Shown in pieces: positions 53,101 through 64,000 of a stretch of 64,000 nt of DNA; position 1 is the stretch's first letter; each line of letters opens with the position of its first letter. The stretch spans positions 11,624-75,623 of the forward strand of contig NW_021833300.1 in assembly GCF_006345805.1 (NCBI RefSeq), in the 5' to 3' direction. The stretch is from Octopus sinensis. Taxonomy: Eukaryota. The notes beneath the pieces are model-generated. The model ran no database searches. It was not told where the DNA came from and was given only the letters and a program-made list of their open reading frames with translations. The position numbers and the translations under genes were made by a program.

Positions 53101-53242
53101 CTGTTGTGAGAAATCCTTTACTCGGAAATCAAATCTTGTTATTCACAAAAGAACTCACACCGGAGAACTCCCTTGTCTTTGTGAAATTTGTGGGAAACAC
53201 TTTATTTCTGATGATAATTTAAACAAACGAATCCATGTTTAA
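53101..53242 (+). pseudogene. C2H2 zinc-finger fragment
   Basis: [34 protein letters not shown]..: HTGE linker; first finger broken by the SINE, second lacks a His. Confidence 0.75.
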
Positions 53243-53249
53243 TATATGT

Positions 53250-53560
53250 TAATTTATGCTCCAAACACCAGCTGAATAGGGACACAGTTATTTTACTAAC
53301 TTATACCTTGTTTTCAAAATTAATTGAAACAAAGACAGTGTTCTTCAACAGAATATGGTAACGAAAGGGTTAAAGTGATCTTAATGAAAACATTCCCTTA
53401 AAATTTCATATTATTTTATGCTCCAAACATCAACTTCATAATTAAGAAAGTTATTTTATTCAAATCTTTAATATTTTCAAAATTAATTGAAAGAAAAGGC
53501 AACAGAAATACGGTAAAAAAAAAGGGTTCAAAAATAAACCTTCCATCAAAATTTCAAGTT
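53250..53560. mobile_element. Two tandem remnants of a TTAA-ended (piggyBac-like) MITE
   Basis: tatgctccaaacac..ttcaaaattaattgaaa..aacagaaata.ggtaa..aagggtt(a/c)a repeated at ~53255-53373 and ~53415-53530. Confidence 0.5.
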
Positions 53561-53619
53561 AGTTTGTTGAGAAAACGAGAGAGTGCAGGAGGAAAGTGGA
53601 AGGTAAAAGGGTCCTTCAT

Positions 53620-53780
53620 CAGAAGATGTTTCAATTTAAAAGCATCTCTCTGATGTGTCTTTGTCTGTGAATGGCTAAAGTACTGATTTTCATGAATCAT
53701 TTCCCGCATATCTCACAGCAAAATGGTCTCCCTTTTGTGTGTGCTCTTTTGTGAATTACAAGATAAGAATTTTCAACGTA
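53620..53780 (-). pseudogene. C2H2 zinc-finger pseudogene, downstream part
   Basis: VENSYLVIHKRAHTKGRPFCCEICGK*FMKISTLAIHRQRH with an in-frame stop. Confidence 0.8.
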
Positions 53781-53794
53781 CGTAAAGAATTTTT

Positions 53795-54420
53795 ATAGGC
53801 GCAGGAGTGGCTGTGTGGTAAGTAGCTTGCTTACCAACCACAAGGTTCCATGTTCATTCCCACTGCATGGCATCTTGGGCAAGTGTCTTCTACTATAGCC
53901 TCGGGCCGACCAAAGCCTTATGGTTGGATTTGGTAGACGAAAACTGAAAGAAGCCCATCATGTATATATATGTGTGTGTATATATATATATATAGGCGCA
54001 GGTGTGATTGTGGTAAGTAGCTTGCTTACCAACCACATGGTTCCAGGTTCAGTCCCACTGCGTGGCACATTGGGCAAGTGTCTTCTATTATAGCCTCGGG
54101 CCGAGCAAAGCTTTGTGAGTGGATTTGGTAGACGGAAACTTAAAGAAGCTCATCGTATATATGTATATATATATGTGTGTGTATGTGTGTGTGTGTATGT
54201 GTGCATGTGTGTGTGTGTGTTTGTGTGTCTGTGTTTGTCCCCCCAACATCGCTTGACAACCGATGCTGGTGTGTTTACGTCTTCCATAACTTAGCGGTTC
54301 GGCAAAAGAGACCTATAGAATAAGTACTAGGCTTCCAAAGAATAAGTCCTGGGGGTCGAGTTGCTCGACTAAAGGCGATGCTCCAGCATGGCCGCAGTCA
54401 AATGACCGAAACAAGTATAA
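53795..54420 (+). mobile_element. SINE family 1: truncated head plus a full copy that seeds the satellite
   Basis: Heads taggcgcaggagtggctgtgtggtaagtagc at ~53795 and ~53995; the second continues through the (TG)n tract into the first 138-bp unit. Confidence 0.9.
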
Positions 54421-57400
54421 GAGTAAACTTAGCGGTTCGGCAAAAGAGACCTATAGAATAAGTAGTAGGCTTCCAAAGAATAAGTCCTGGGGGTCGAGTT
54501 GCTCGACTAAAGGCGGTGCTCCAGCACGGCCGCAGTCAAAAGACTGAAACACGTCAAAGAGTAAACTTAGTGGTTCGGCAAAAGAGACTGATAGAATAAG
54601 TTGTAGGCTTCCAAAGAATAAGTCCTGGGGGTCGAGTTGCTCGACTAAAGGCGGTGCTCCAGCATGGCCACAGTCAAATGACTGAAACAAGTAAAAGAGT
54701 AAACTTAGCGATTCGGCAAAAGAGACCTATAGAATAAGTAGTACGCTTCCAAAGAATAAATCCTGGGGGTCGAGTTGCTCGACTAAAGGCGGTGCTCCAG
54801 CATGGCCACAGTCAAATGACTGAAACAAGTATAAGAGTAAACTTAGCGGTTCGGCAAAAGAGACCTATAGAATACGTACTAGGATTCCAAAGAATAAGTC
54901 CTGGGGGTCGAGTTGCTCGACTAAAGGCGGTGCTCCAGCATGGCCACAGTCAAATGACTGAAACAAGTATAAGAGTAAACTTAGCGGTTCGGCAAAAGAG
55001 ACCGATAGAATAAGTACTGGGCTTCCATAGAATAAGTCCTGGGGGTCGAGTTGCTCGACTAAAGGCGGTGCTCCAACATGGCCACAGTCAAATGACTGAA
55101 ACAAGTATGAGAGTAAACTTTGCTGTTCGGCAAAAGAGACCAATAGATAAGTAGTAGGCTTCCAAAGATAAGTCCTGGGGGTCGAGTTGCTCGACTAAAG
55201 GCGGAGCTCCAGCCTGGCCACAGTCAAATGACTGAACAAGTTATAAGAGTAAACTTAGGCGGTTCGGCAAGAGACCAAGAGAATAAGTAGTAGGCTTCCA
55301 AAGAATAAGTCTGGGGGTCGAAGTTGCTCGATTAAAGGCGGTGCTCCAGCATGGCCACAGTCAAATGACTGAAACAAGTATAAGAGTAAACTTAGCGGTT
55401 CGGCAAAAGAGACCAATAGAATAAGTAGTAGGCTTCCAAAGAATAAGTCCTGGGGGGTCGAGTTGCACGACTAAAGGCGGTGCTCCAGCATGGCCACAGG
55501 CAAATGACTGAAACAAGTATAAGAGTAAACTTAGCGGTTCGGCAAAAGAGACAAATAGAATAAGTTCTAGGCTTCCAAAGAATAAGTCCTGGGGGTCGAG
55601 TTGCTCGACTAAAGGCGGTGCTCCAGCATGGGCACAGTCAAATGACTGAAACAAGTATAAGAGTAAACTTTGCGGTTCGGCAAAAGAGACCAATAGAATA
55701 AGTAGTAGGCTTCCAAAGAATAAGTCCTGGGGGTCGAGTTGCTCGACTAAAGGCGGTGCTCCAGCATGGCCACAGTCAAATGACTGAAACAAGTATAAGA
55801 GTAAACTTAGCGGTTCGGCAAAAGAGACCAATAGAATAAGTAGTAGGCTTCCAAAGAATAAGTCCTGGGGGTCGAGTTGCTCGACTAAAGGCGGTGCTCC
55901 AGCATGGCCACAGTCAAATGACTGAAACAAGTATAAGAGTAAACTTAGCGGTTCGGCAGGCGATGCTCCAGCATGGCCACATTCAAATGACTGAAACAAG
56001 TATAAGAGTAAACTTAGCGGTTCGGCAAAAGACACCTATAGAATAAGTTGTAGTCTTCCAAAGAATAAGTCCTGGGGGTCGAGTTGCTCGACAAAAGGCG
56101 GTGCTCCAGCATGGCCACAGTCAAATGACTGAAACAAGTATAAGAGTAAACTTAGCGGTTCGGCAAAAGAGACCAATAGAATAAGTAGTAGGCTTCCAAA
56201 GAATAAGTCCTGGGGGTCGAGTTGCTCGACTAAAGGCGGTGCTCCAGCATGGCCACAGTCAAATGACTGAAACAAGTATAAGAGTAAACTTAGCGGTTCG
56301 GCAAAAGAGACCAATAGAATAAGTTGTAGGCTTCCAAAGAATAAGTCCTGGGGGTCGAGTTGCTCGACTAAAGGCGATGCTCCAGCATGGCCACAGTCAA
56401 ATGACTGAAACAAGTATGAGAGTAAACTTAGCGGTTCGGCAAAAGAGACCGATAGAATAAGTACTGGGCTTCCAAAGAATAAGTCCTGGGGGTCGAGTTG
56501 CTCGACTAAAGGCGGTGCTCCAGCATGGCCACAGTCAAATGACTGAAACAAGTATAAGAGTAAACTTAGCGGTTCGGCAAAAGAGACCGATAGAATAAGT
56601 ACTGGGCTTCCAAAGAATAAGTCCTGGGGGTCGAGTTGCTCGACTAAAGGCGGTGCCCCAGCATGGCCACAGTCAAATGACTGAAGCAAGTAAGAGTAAA
56701 CTTAGTGGTTCGGCAAAAGAGACTGATAGAATAAGTACTAGGCTTACAAAGAATAAGTCCGGGGGTCGAGTTGCTCGACTAAAGGCAGTGCTCCAGCATG
56801 GCCACAGTCCAATGACTGAAACAGTAAAGAGTAAACTTAGCGGTTCGGCAAAAGAGACTGATAGAATAAGTACTAGGATTCCAAAGAAAGTCCTGGGGTC
56901 GAGTTGCTCGACTAAAGGCAGTGCTCCAGCATGGCCACAGTCAAATGACTGAAACAAGTAAAAGAGTAAACTTAGCGGTTCGGCAAAAGACACCTATAGA
57001 ATAAGTTGTAGGCTTCCAAAGAATAAGTCCTGGGGGTCGAGTTGCTCGACTAAAGGCAGTGCTCCAGCATGGCCACAGTCAAATGACTGAAACAAGTAAA
57101 AGAGTAAACTTAGCGGTTCGGCAAAAGACACCTATAGAATAAGTTGTAGGCTTCCAAAGAATAAGTCCTGGGAGTCGAGTTGCTCGACTAAAGGCAGTGC
57201 TCCAGCATGGCCACAGTCAAATGACTGAAACAAGTAAAAGAGTAAACTTAGCGATTCGGCAAAAGACACCTATAGAATAAGTTGTAGGCTTCCAAAGAAT
57301 AAGTCCTGGGGGTCGAGTTGCTCGACTAAAGGCAGTGCTCCAGCATGGCCACAGTCAAATGACTGAAACAAGTAAAAGAGTAAACTTAGCGATTCGGCAA

Positions 57401-59186
57401 AAGAAACCGATAGAATAAGTACTAGGCTTACAAAGAATAAGTCCTGGGGGTCGAGTTGCTCGACTAAAGGTGGTGCTCCAGCATGGCCACAGTCAAATGA
57501 CTGAAACAAGTAAAAGAGTAAACTTAGCGATTCGGCAAAAGAAACCGATAGAATAAGTACTAGGCTTACAAAGAATAAGTCCTGGGGGTCGAGTTGCTCG
57601 ACTAAAGGCAGTGCTCCAGCATGGCCACAGTCAAATGACTGAAACAAGTAAAAGAGTAAACTTAGCGATTCGGCAAAAGAAACCGATAGAATAAGTACTA
57701 GGCTTACAAAGAATAAGTCCTGGGGGTCGAGTTGCTCGACTAAAGGCAGTGCTCCAGCATGGCCACAGTCAAATGACTGAAACAAGTAAAAGAGTAAACT
57801 TAGCGGTTCGGCAAAAGAAACCGATAGAATAAGTACTAGGCTTACAAAGAATAAGTCCTGGGGGTCGAGTTGCTCGACTAAAGGCAGTGCTCCAGCATGG
57901 CCACAGTCAAATGACTGAAACAAGTAAAAGAGTAAACTTAGCGATTCGGCAAAAGAACCGATAGAATAAGTACTAGGCTTACAAAGACAAAGAATAAGTC
58001 CTGGGGGTCGAGTTGCTCGACTAAAGGTGGTGCTCCAGCATGGCCACAGTCAAATGACTGAAACAAGTAAAAGAGTAAACTTAGCGATTCGGCAAAAGAG
58101 ACTGATAGAATAAGTACTAGGCTTACAAAGAATAAGTCCTGGGGGTCGAGTTGCTCGACTAAAGGCAGTGCTCCAGCATGGCCACAGTCAAATGACTGAA
58201 ACAAGTAAAAGAGTAAACTTAGCGATTCGGCAAAAGAGACTGATAGAATAAGTACTAGGCTTACAAAGAATAAGTCCTGGGGGTCGAGTTGCTCGACTAA
58301 AGGCGGTGCTCCAGCATGGCCACAGTCAAATGACTGAAACAAGTAAAAGAGTAAACTTAGCGATTCGGCAAAAGAGACTGATAGAATAAGTAGTAGGCTT
58401 CCAAAGAATAAGTCCTGGGGGTCGAGTTGCTCGACTAAAGGCGGTGCTCCAGCATGGCCACAGTCAAATGACTGAAACAAGTAAAAGAGTAAACTTAGCG
58501 ATTCGGCAAAAGAGACTGATAGAATAAGTACTAGGCTTACAAAGAATAAGTCCTGGGGGTCGATTTGCTCGACTAAAGCGGTGCTCTCCAGCATGGCCAC
58601 AGTCAAATGACTGAAACAAGTAAAAGAGTAAACTTAGCGATTCGGCAAAAGAGACTGATAGAATAAGTAGTAGGCTTCCAAAGAATAAGTCCTGGGGGTC
58701 GAGTTGCTCGACTAAAGGCGGTGCTCCAGCATGGCCACAGTCAAATGACTGAAACAAGTAAAAGAGTAAACTTAGCGATTCGGCAAAAGAGACTGATAGA
58801 ATAAGTACTAGGCTTACAAAGAATAAGTCCTGGGGGTCGAGTTGCTCGACTAAAGGCGGTGCTCCAGCATGGCCACAGTCAAATGACTGAAACAAGTAAA
58901 AGAGTAAACTTAGCGATTCGGCAAAAGACTGATAGAATAATAGTAGGCTTCCAAAGAATAAGTCCTGGGGGTCGAGTTGCTCGACTAAAGGCGGTGCTCC
59001 AGCATGGCCACAGTCAATGACTGAAACAAGTAAAAGAGTAAACTTAGCGATTCGGCAAAAGAGACTGATAGAATAAGTACTAGGCTTACAAAGAATAAGT
59101 CCTGGGGGTCGAGTTGCTCGACTAAAGGCGGTGCTCCAGCATGGCCACAGTCAAATGACTGAAACAGGTAAAAGAGTCAAAGAGTA
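54288..59186 (+). repeat. 138-bp tandem satellite (~36 units) derived from the SINE family 1 3' end
   Basis: Period 138 measured between 56161 and 56299; unit aacttagcggttcggcaaaagaga..gtcgagttgctcgac..catggccacagtcaaatgactgaaacaagtaaaagagta equals the SINE tail at ~28290-28430. Confidence 0.97.
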
Positions 59187-59420
59187 TGATTTCCCGCATA
59201 TGTCCCGGCTTTCCTCCGGTCTGTAATTTTCGGTGAAATGAAAGGCTGGAAGTTTGAGAGAAAGATTTCCCGCAAATCTCACAACAAAATGGTCTCCCTC
59301 CTGTGTGGGTCTGTTTGTGAGATTTTAAATGACTTCTTGTGATAAATGAAGTCCCTCATATTTCACAGACATAGGGCCTTCCCCCTCTGTGACTGCGTTT
59401 CTGAATTACACGCTGAGAAC
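59187..59420 (-). pseudogene. C2H2 zinc-finger pseudogene, upstream part
   Basis: QKRSHRGGRPYVCEI*GTSFITRSHLKSHKQTHTGGRPFCCEICGKSFSQTSSLSFHRKLQTGGKP with a stop and a deletion. Confidence 0.82.
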
Positions 59421-59424
59421 TTTC

Positions 59425-59843
59425 TCTCTATTTTCTTTTATCTCTTTTACTTGTTTCAGTAATTTGACAGCGGCCATGCTGGAGCACCGCCTTTAGTCAA
59501 GCAAATCGACCCCGGGACTTATTCTTTGCAAGCCCAGTACTTATTCTATCGGTCTATTTTGCTGAACCGCTAAGTGACGGGGACGTAATCACACCAGCGT
59601 CGGTTGTCAAGCGATGTTGGGGGGACAAACACAGACACAAAAACATACACACATACATATATATATATACGTACATATATACGACGAGCTTCTTTCGGTT
59701 TCCGTCTACCAGATCCATTCACAAGGCTTTAGTCAGACGGAGGCTCTAGTAGAAAACACTTGCCCAAGGTGCCACCCAGTGGGAATGAACCCAGAACCAT
59801 GTGGTTGGTAAGCAAGCTACTTAACACACACCCACTCCAGCAT

Positions 59844-59906
<63 letters not shown>

Positions 59907-60070
59907 CGACGGGCTTCTTTCAGTTTCCGTCAACCAAATCAACTCACAAGGATTTGGCCAAACCGAGGCTATAGTAGAAGTCACTTGCCCAAGGTGCCAC
60001 GCAGTGGGAATGAACCTGGAACCTTGTGGTTGGTAAGCAAGCTACTTACCACACAGCCACTCCTGCACCT
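59425..60070 (-). mobile_element. SINE family 1 full copy plus an extra head
   Basis: Tail at ~59425-59640 and heads at ~59670-59840 and ~59900-60070, separated by (TC)n(TA)n. Confidence 0.88.
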
Positions 60071-60124
60071 ATCTCTCTCTCTCTCTATATATATAATATA
60101 TATATATATATTTTCTTTTTTCTT

Positions 60125-63110
60125 TTTTCTTTTTTTCTAGTTTCAGCTCAGAGCTGCGGCCATGCTGATGCACCGCCGTTATGTGCTACACTTTTATTAC
60201 GACGAACCTCGTCTAATATGTGGCACTTGTTGAAGAATGGAATTTGATACAGCTACTCTCATTTGCACCTCTTGCCGTGAGGTAGGTTCATCTGGGACTC
60301 TTGACAAGAAGATGTCCAGCTTTGATTTAAAAACCGATACATCTACTTGTGCAAGTTCCTCAGACTCTTTGGGAGAATATTAAAAAGCTATGGGCCCTTG
60401 AAACCCAGGCTGTTGCAGAAGCTGGTCCTGAAGCGTGATGGCATTGCTGGGATCTTTGGGACTATGCAGTGTCGTCCCGTTCTAGCATTGGTGTAGCTTA
60501 CAATGCCAAAATTTGGCACAATTCATTCCAGGATCTTCCAGACATTTATTACTGCATACCTCTCCCGTCTTCTGTCCAGGGAGTAGAGTCTTAGCTGTTT
60601 CAACCTTTCCCAGTAGCTGAGCTGTTGCAAAGAGACAATCTTCTTTGTGAATCTTCTCTGGATTGCTTCAAGGTCCGCTGTTAATTTTACACTGGTGGAT
60701 GACCATAGCTGTGAGCAGTAATCCAGGCGACTGAGGACAAATGTCCGTCAGAGGACCATCATGGTTTCCTTATCTCTGGTTCTGAATGTTCTTAGGATCC
60801 ACCCAGCCAGTCGTCTGCACTTTGTCGCCATCATGGTAATGTGCACTTGGAAAGAGGTATCATCACTCATGTCGATATCCAGGTCCCTCACAGACTTAGG
60901 CTCTGGGATTGAAATTCCCTGTGGACCGGTGTATCCTGTAAGTTTAATATTCACTTTTGGATGCTGGTAGCGCAGGGCCTGGAATTTTTCAGCATTAAAC
61001 TGCATATTATTATCCTCAGCCCATCTGTAGATTGAGTCCAAATCCTGCTGCAGGTGTGCAACATCGCTAGGGTTCTGTATTTTCTGCGAGACTTTCGTAT
61101 CGTCTGCATAACTTACCAGAGTGGCTATCCGGGCATTTGAGGGCATATCTGAGAGGGCCACTATAAAAAGCAGTGGTCCCAAGACAGTGCCCTGTGGAAC
61201 ACCACTCACTATTTGTGTGTTCATAGAGGTGGCTCCATTAACCACTACTGCCTGACTCCTATCTTTCAGGAAGTCATGCAACCTCACTCCAAGTTTTCCA
61301 GCTATGCCGAGGTCACGTAGTTTGTGGCATATCATACCATGATCCACCTTGTCAAAAGCTTTTGCAAAATCAAGGTAGATTACGTCCACATTTGATTTGT
61401 TGAGTAACTGCCCAACACCCAGTCATAATGCTGTAAGAGCTGGGTCAGGCAGCTCCTACCTGGTCGAAAACCATGCTGGGTATTACTCAGCAAGTTATTT
61501 TCCTCAAGGAATGCGATTAGTTTCTTTCTGACTATCCGTTCTATGACTTTGCTGATGTGTGAAGTTAGAGAGATAGGCCTATAGTTTTTGGCATCTGCTC
61601 TACTTCCCCCTTTATGTATTGGGCATATTATTCCTTCCCTCAGCTTGCTTGGCAGTTTGCCATTCGCAAGAAAGCTCTGGAAGAGAATCTTGAGGGGTTT
61701 TGCCAGGGCATGCTTACACGCTTTGAGGAGGATGGCTGGGAAACCGTCTGGACCAGCAGCTGAGTTTGTGTCCACTTCATCTATGGCTAGTAGGACATCC
61801 TTTTCGCTAATCTCAATACATTCTATTGTAACTGCCTCGCTGGTTATAGGTGAGGCGGCAAAGAAGTCCGCTGGTTCGTTCACTTGTCTGTGTTCCAACG
61901 GGGTGGTAAAGACACTTTTGAACTGGTCATTCAGCATCTCACTGATCATAGTTGGATTGTCTATGAGGGAGCCATCCTTTTGGAGGAGGGGTCCTATCTT
62001 GTAGTGCACTGAGACTGTTTCTTTCACGTAATGAAGGAAGGCCTTTGGATTTGATTTAATGTTTTTTATAACCCAGGCTTCTTTGCCTGCTTTCTCCTTC
62101 ACATAGGATTGTTGCAACCTTTTTCGATCTCCATCAGTGTTGTTTTTAGGCGGGACGTTTCGCTACTTTTGGGATGTTGGTTGAGACGATTTGCAACCTT
62201 CGTCCGTCGTCTCATGAGGATCTTCCTGTCTCTTGGAATCTTGCTCCTATTTGTTTTTGCCTTGTGCTCTGGGACATATTTCTGGCATACGGCTTGCACA
62301 GAAGACATGAAACATTTTAGTTTCATGTCAATGTCTGGTGTGGATAGACATTCCGTCCGCCGGCCAGTTCTCTCTGAGGATCTCTTTTTGATCGATTTCC
62401 AATCTGCTTTGTGGAAGTTCAGATTGGAGAGATTTCGGGTGCTTCCTTTAGGCTGTATATCTCTGGTTACTTTCGGCCCAAAAATAGACAGCTCTGTTAT
62501 GTTGTGATCCGAAACTGATGTCGGTGTCACTTTCACATCATGAATGATGTCCATATTGTTCGTGAAGCAGAGATCCAGAATGTTATTTGCCCTAGTTGGC
62601 TTGAGTACAACTTGCTCCATGAATAAGGCATTGGTGAGGTTGAGCAGGGACACCACCTGTACTTGCTTGCAATGATTCATTCCTGAGAGTATGTGACCTT
62701 CGGGCCATTTGAAGTTGGAGAAGTTGAAATCGCCCATAAGAAATATGGTCACGTGGTGTTCCAGATTCATGAGGATTTCTTTCATTCTTGTGAGGCAATC
62801 TTCAAACTTGCCTATGTGATTTGGGGCATCCGGTGGGCAATATGTATTGCATATGACTATATTATGTTGTCTGATGTATACAATTAATGTGTCACATACC
62901 GAATTTGAGTATGTCATCAAGAGCTGGGGTGTGAGGTCATCTCGGATGTATAGAGCAACTCCATCATGACTTATTTCCCTTCTGTTTGTTCGCAGTATGG
63001 CGTAGTTTTGTATGTGTACTGCTGCGTCCTCTATATCAGGGTTGAGGTGAGTTTCCACAGGTGCTATGCATAGGGCTTGATTGAATGCAGTAAGATCTCT
63101 CAGGAAAGAA
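60125..63110 (-). mobile_element. CR1/L2-group LINE (family C, related to B), APE + RT, 5'-truncated and frameshifted
   Basis: ORFs 62099..63058- (ETHL, GVALYIRDDL, MGDFNF, LDLCFTNN, SDHN), 61380..62117- and 60748..61389- (YLDFAKAFDKVDH, YADDTK). Native 3' end ggcggtgcatcagcatggccgcagctctgagctgaaactag followed by an A-rich tail. Confidence 0.94.
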
Positions 63111-63159
63111 ATTTCGTTTCTATTTTAATGCAACAAGAAATTTTGTTTCTATTTTGATG

Positions 63160-63194
<35 letters not shown>

Positions 63195-63197
<3 letters not shown>

Positions 63198-64000
63198 AAT
63201 ATACGACGGGCTTCTTTCAGTTTCCGTCTACCAAATCAACTCACAAGGATTTGGCCGAACCGAGGCTATAGTAGAAGTAACTTGCCCAAGGTTCAAGGTG
63301 GTGGGAATGAACCTGGAACATTATGGTTGGTAAACAAGCTACTTACCACACAAGCCCACTCCTGCGCCTATATATATAATATATTAATATATATATATAT
63401 ATATATATAATAATATATATATATATACATACCTACATATATACGAACGGGCTTCTATCAGTTTCCATCTACCAAATCCACTCACAAGGCTTTAGTCGGT
63501 TCAAGGCTATAGTAGAAATCACGTGCCCAAGGTGCCACGCAGTGGACTGAACCTGGAACCTTGTGGTTGGTAAGCAAGCCTTACCACACAGCTACACTTG
63601 CGCCTATATATATATATATATATAATATATATATATATCTATATATATATATATACATGTATATGTACAATATCTAGATACATATAATATATATATACAA
63701 CGGGCTTCTTTCAGTTTCCATCTACCAATCCACTCACAAGGCTTTGGTCGGTTCAAGGCATAAGTAGAAGACACTCGCGCAAGGTGTCCACGCAGTGGGA
63801 CTGAACCTGAACCTTGTGGTTGGTAAGCAAGCTACTTACCACACAGCCACACCTGGCTATATATATATATATATATACAACGGGCTTCTTTCAGTTTCCA
63901 TCTACCAAATCCACTCACAAGGCTTTGTTTGGCCCGAGGATGTAGTAGAAGTTTCTTGCCCAAAGTTGCACGCAGTGGAATGAACCTGGATCCTTGTGGT
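63195..64000 (-). repeat. Tandem array of at least four SINE family 1 5' halves separated by (TA)n
   Basis: cgggcttc..agtttcc.tctaccaaatc..ctcacaagg..cccaagg..gtggga.tgaacctg..ggtaagcaagc at ~63205, 63447, 63700 and 63880; runs off the window. Confidence 0.9.

Noticed and set aside
52955-53242. 95-aa ORF as an intact zinc-finger gene
   Set aside because: The N-terminal half is translated SINE sequence and both fingers are defective.
54451-58895. ORFs up to 224 aa with a 46-aa repeat (SFAEPLSLLLYLFQSFDCGHAGAPPLVEQLDPQDLFF)
   Set aside because: A by-product of a 138-bp (multiple of 3) SINE-derived unit read antisense; the frames break at unit indels.
46730-59186. CRISPR-like appearance of the 38-bp and 138-bp arrays
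   Set aside because: Units are contiguous with no unique spacers, there are no cas genes, and the context is eukaryotic.

Overview
Eukaryotic, AT-rich DNA saturated with microsatellites and retroelements. The tRNA-derived SINE families, C2H2 zinc-finger relics and (TA)n/(TACA)n density suggest an octopus or other coleoid genome (inference). The main structure is a large diverged inverted duplication: left arm ~85-13080, right arm ~26420-49240, the right arm lengthened by arm-specific insertions. Each arm carries a five-coding-exon gene for a predicted secreted protein (signal peptide + PAN/Apple-like Cys domain + a C-terminal domain I cannot name). The two genes are divergently oriented: minus 781-7259 and plus 39525-46618. 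The ORF track shows only parts of these genes; the exons were joined by hand and the splice phases are consistent throughout. The paralogues differ mostly by amino-acid-changing substitutions (hand count over exons 1-4: 30 replaced codons, 4 silent) and by an 8-nt indel that gives different C-termini. The spacer between the arms holds a ~2.3-2.5 kb tandem triplication, a near full-length CR1/L2-group LINE and a MITE. The right arm has a 5'-truncated Penelope element with ~580-bp inverted pLTRs, each containing a structurally complete minimal hammerhead ribozyme. The distal part has a 38-bp minisatellite, a ~36-copy 138-bp satellite built from a SINE 3' end (inserted into a zinc-finger pseudogene), and another CR1/L2-group LINE. 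Three LINE families and the SINE share a covarying 3' motif, CATGGCC-N2-stem-loop-RAAAC. Mobile-element boundaries are approximate unless stated. No database search or computation was run.
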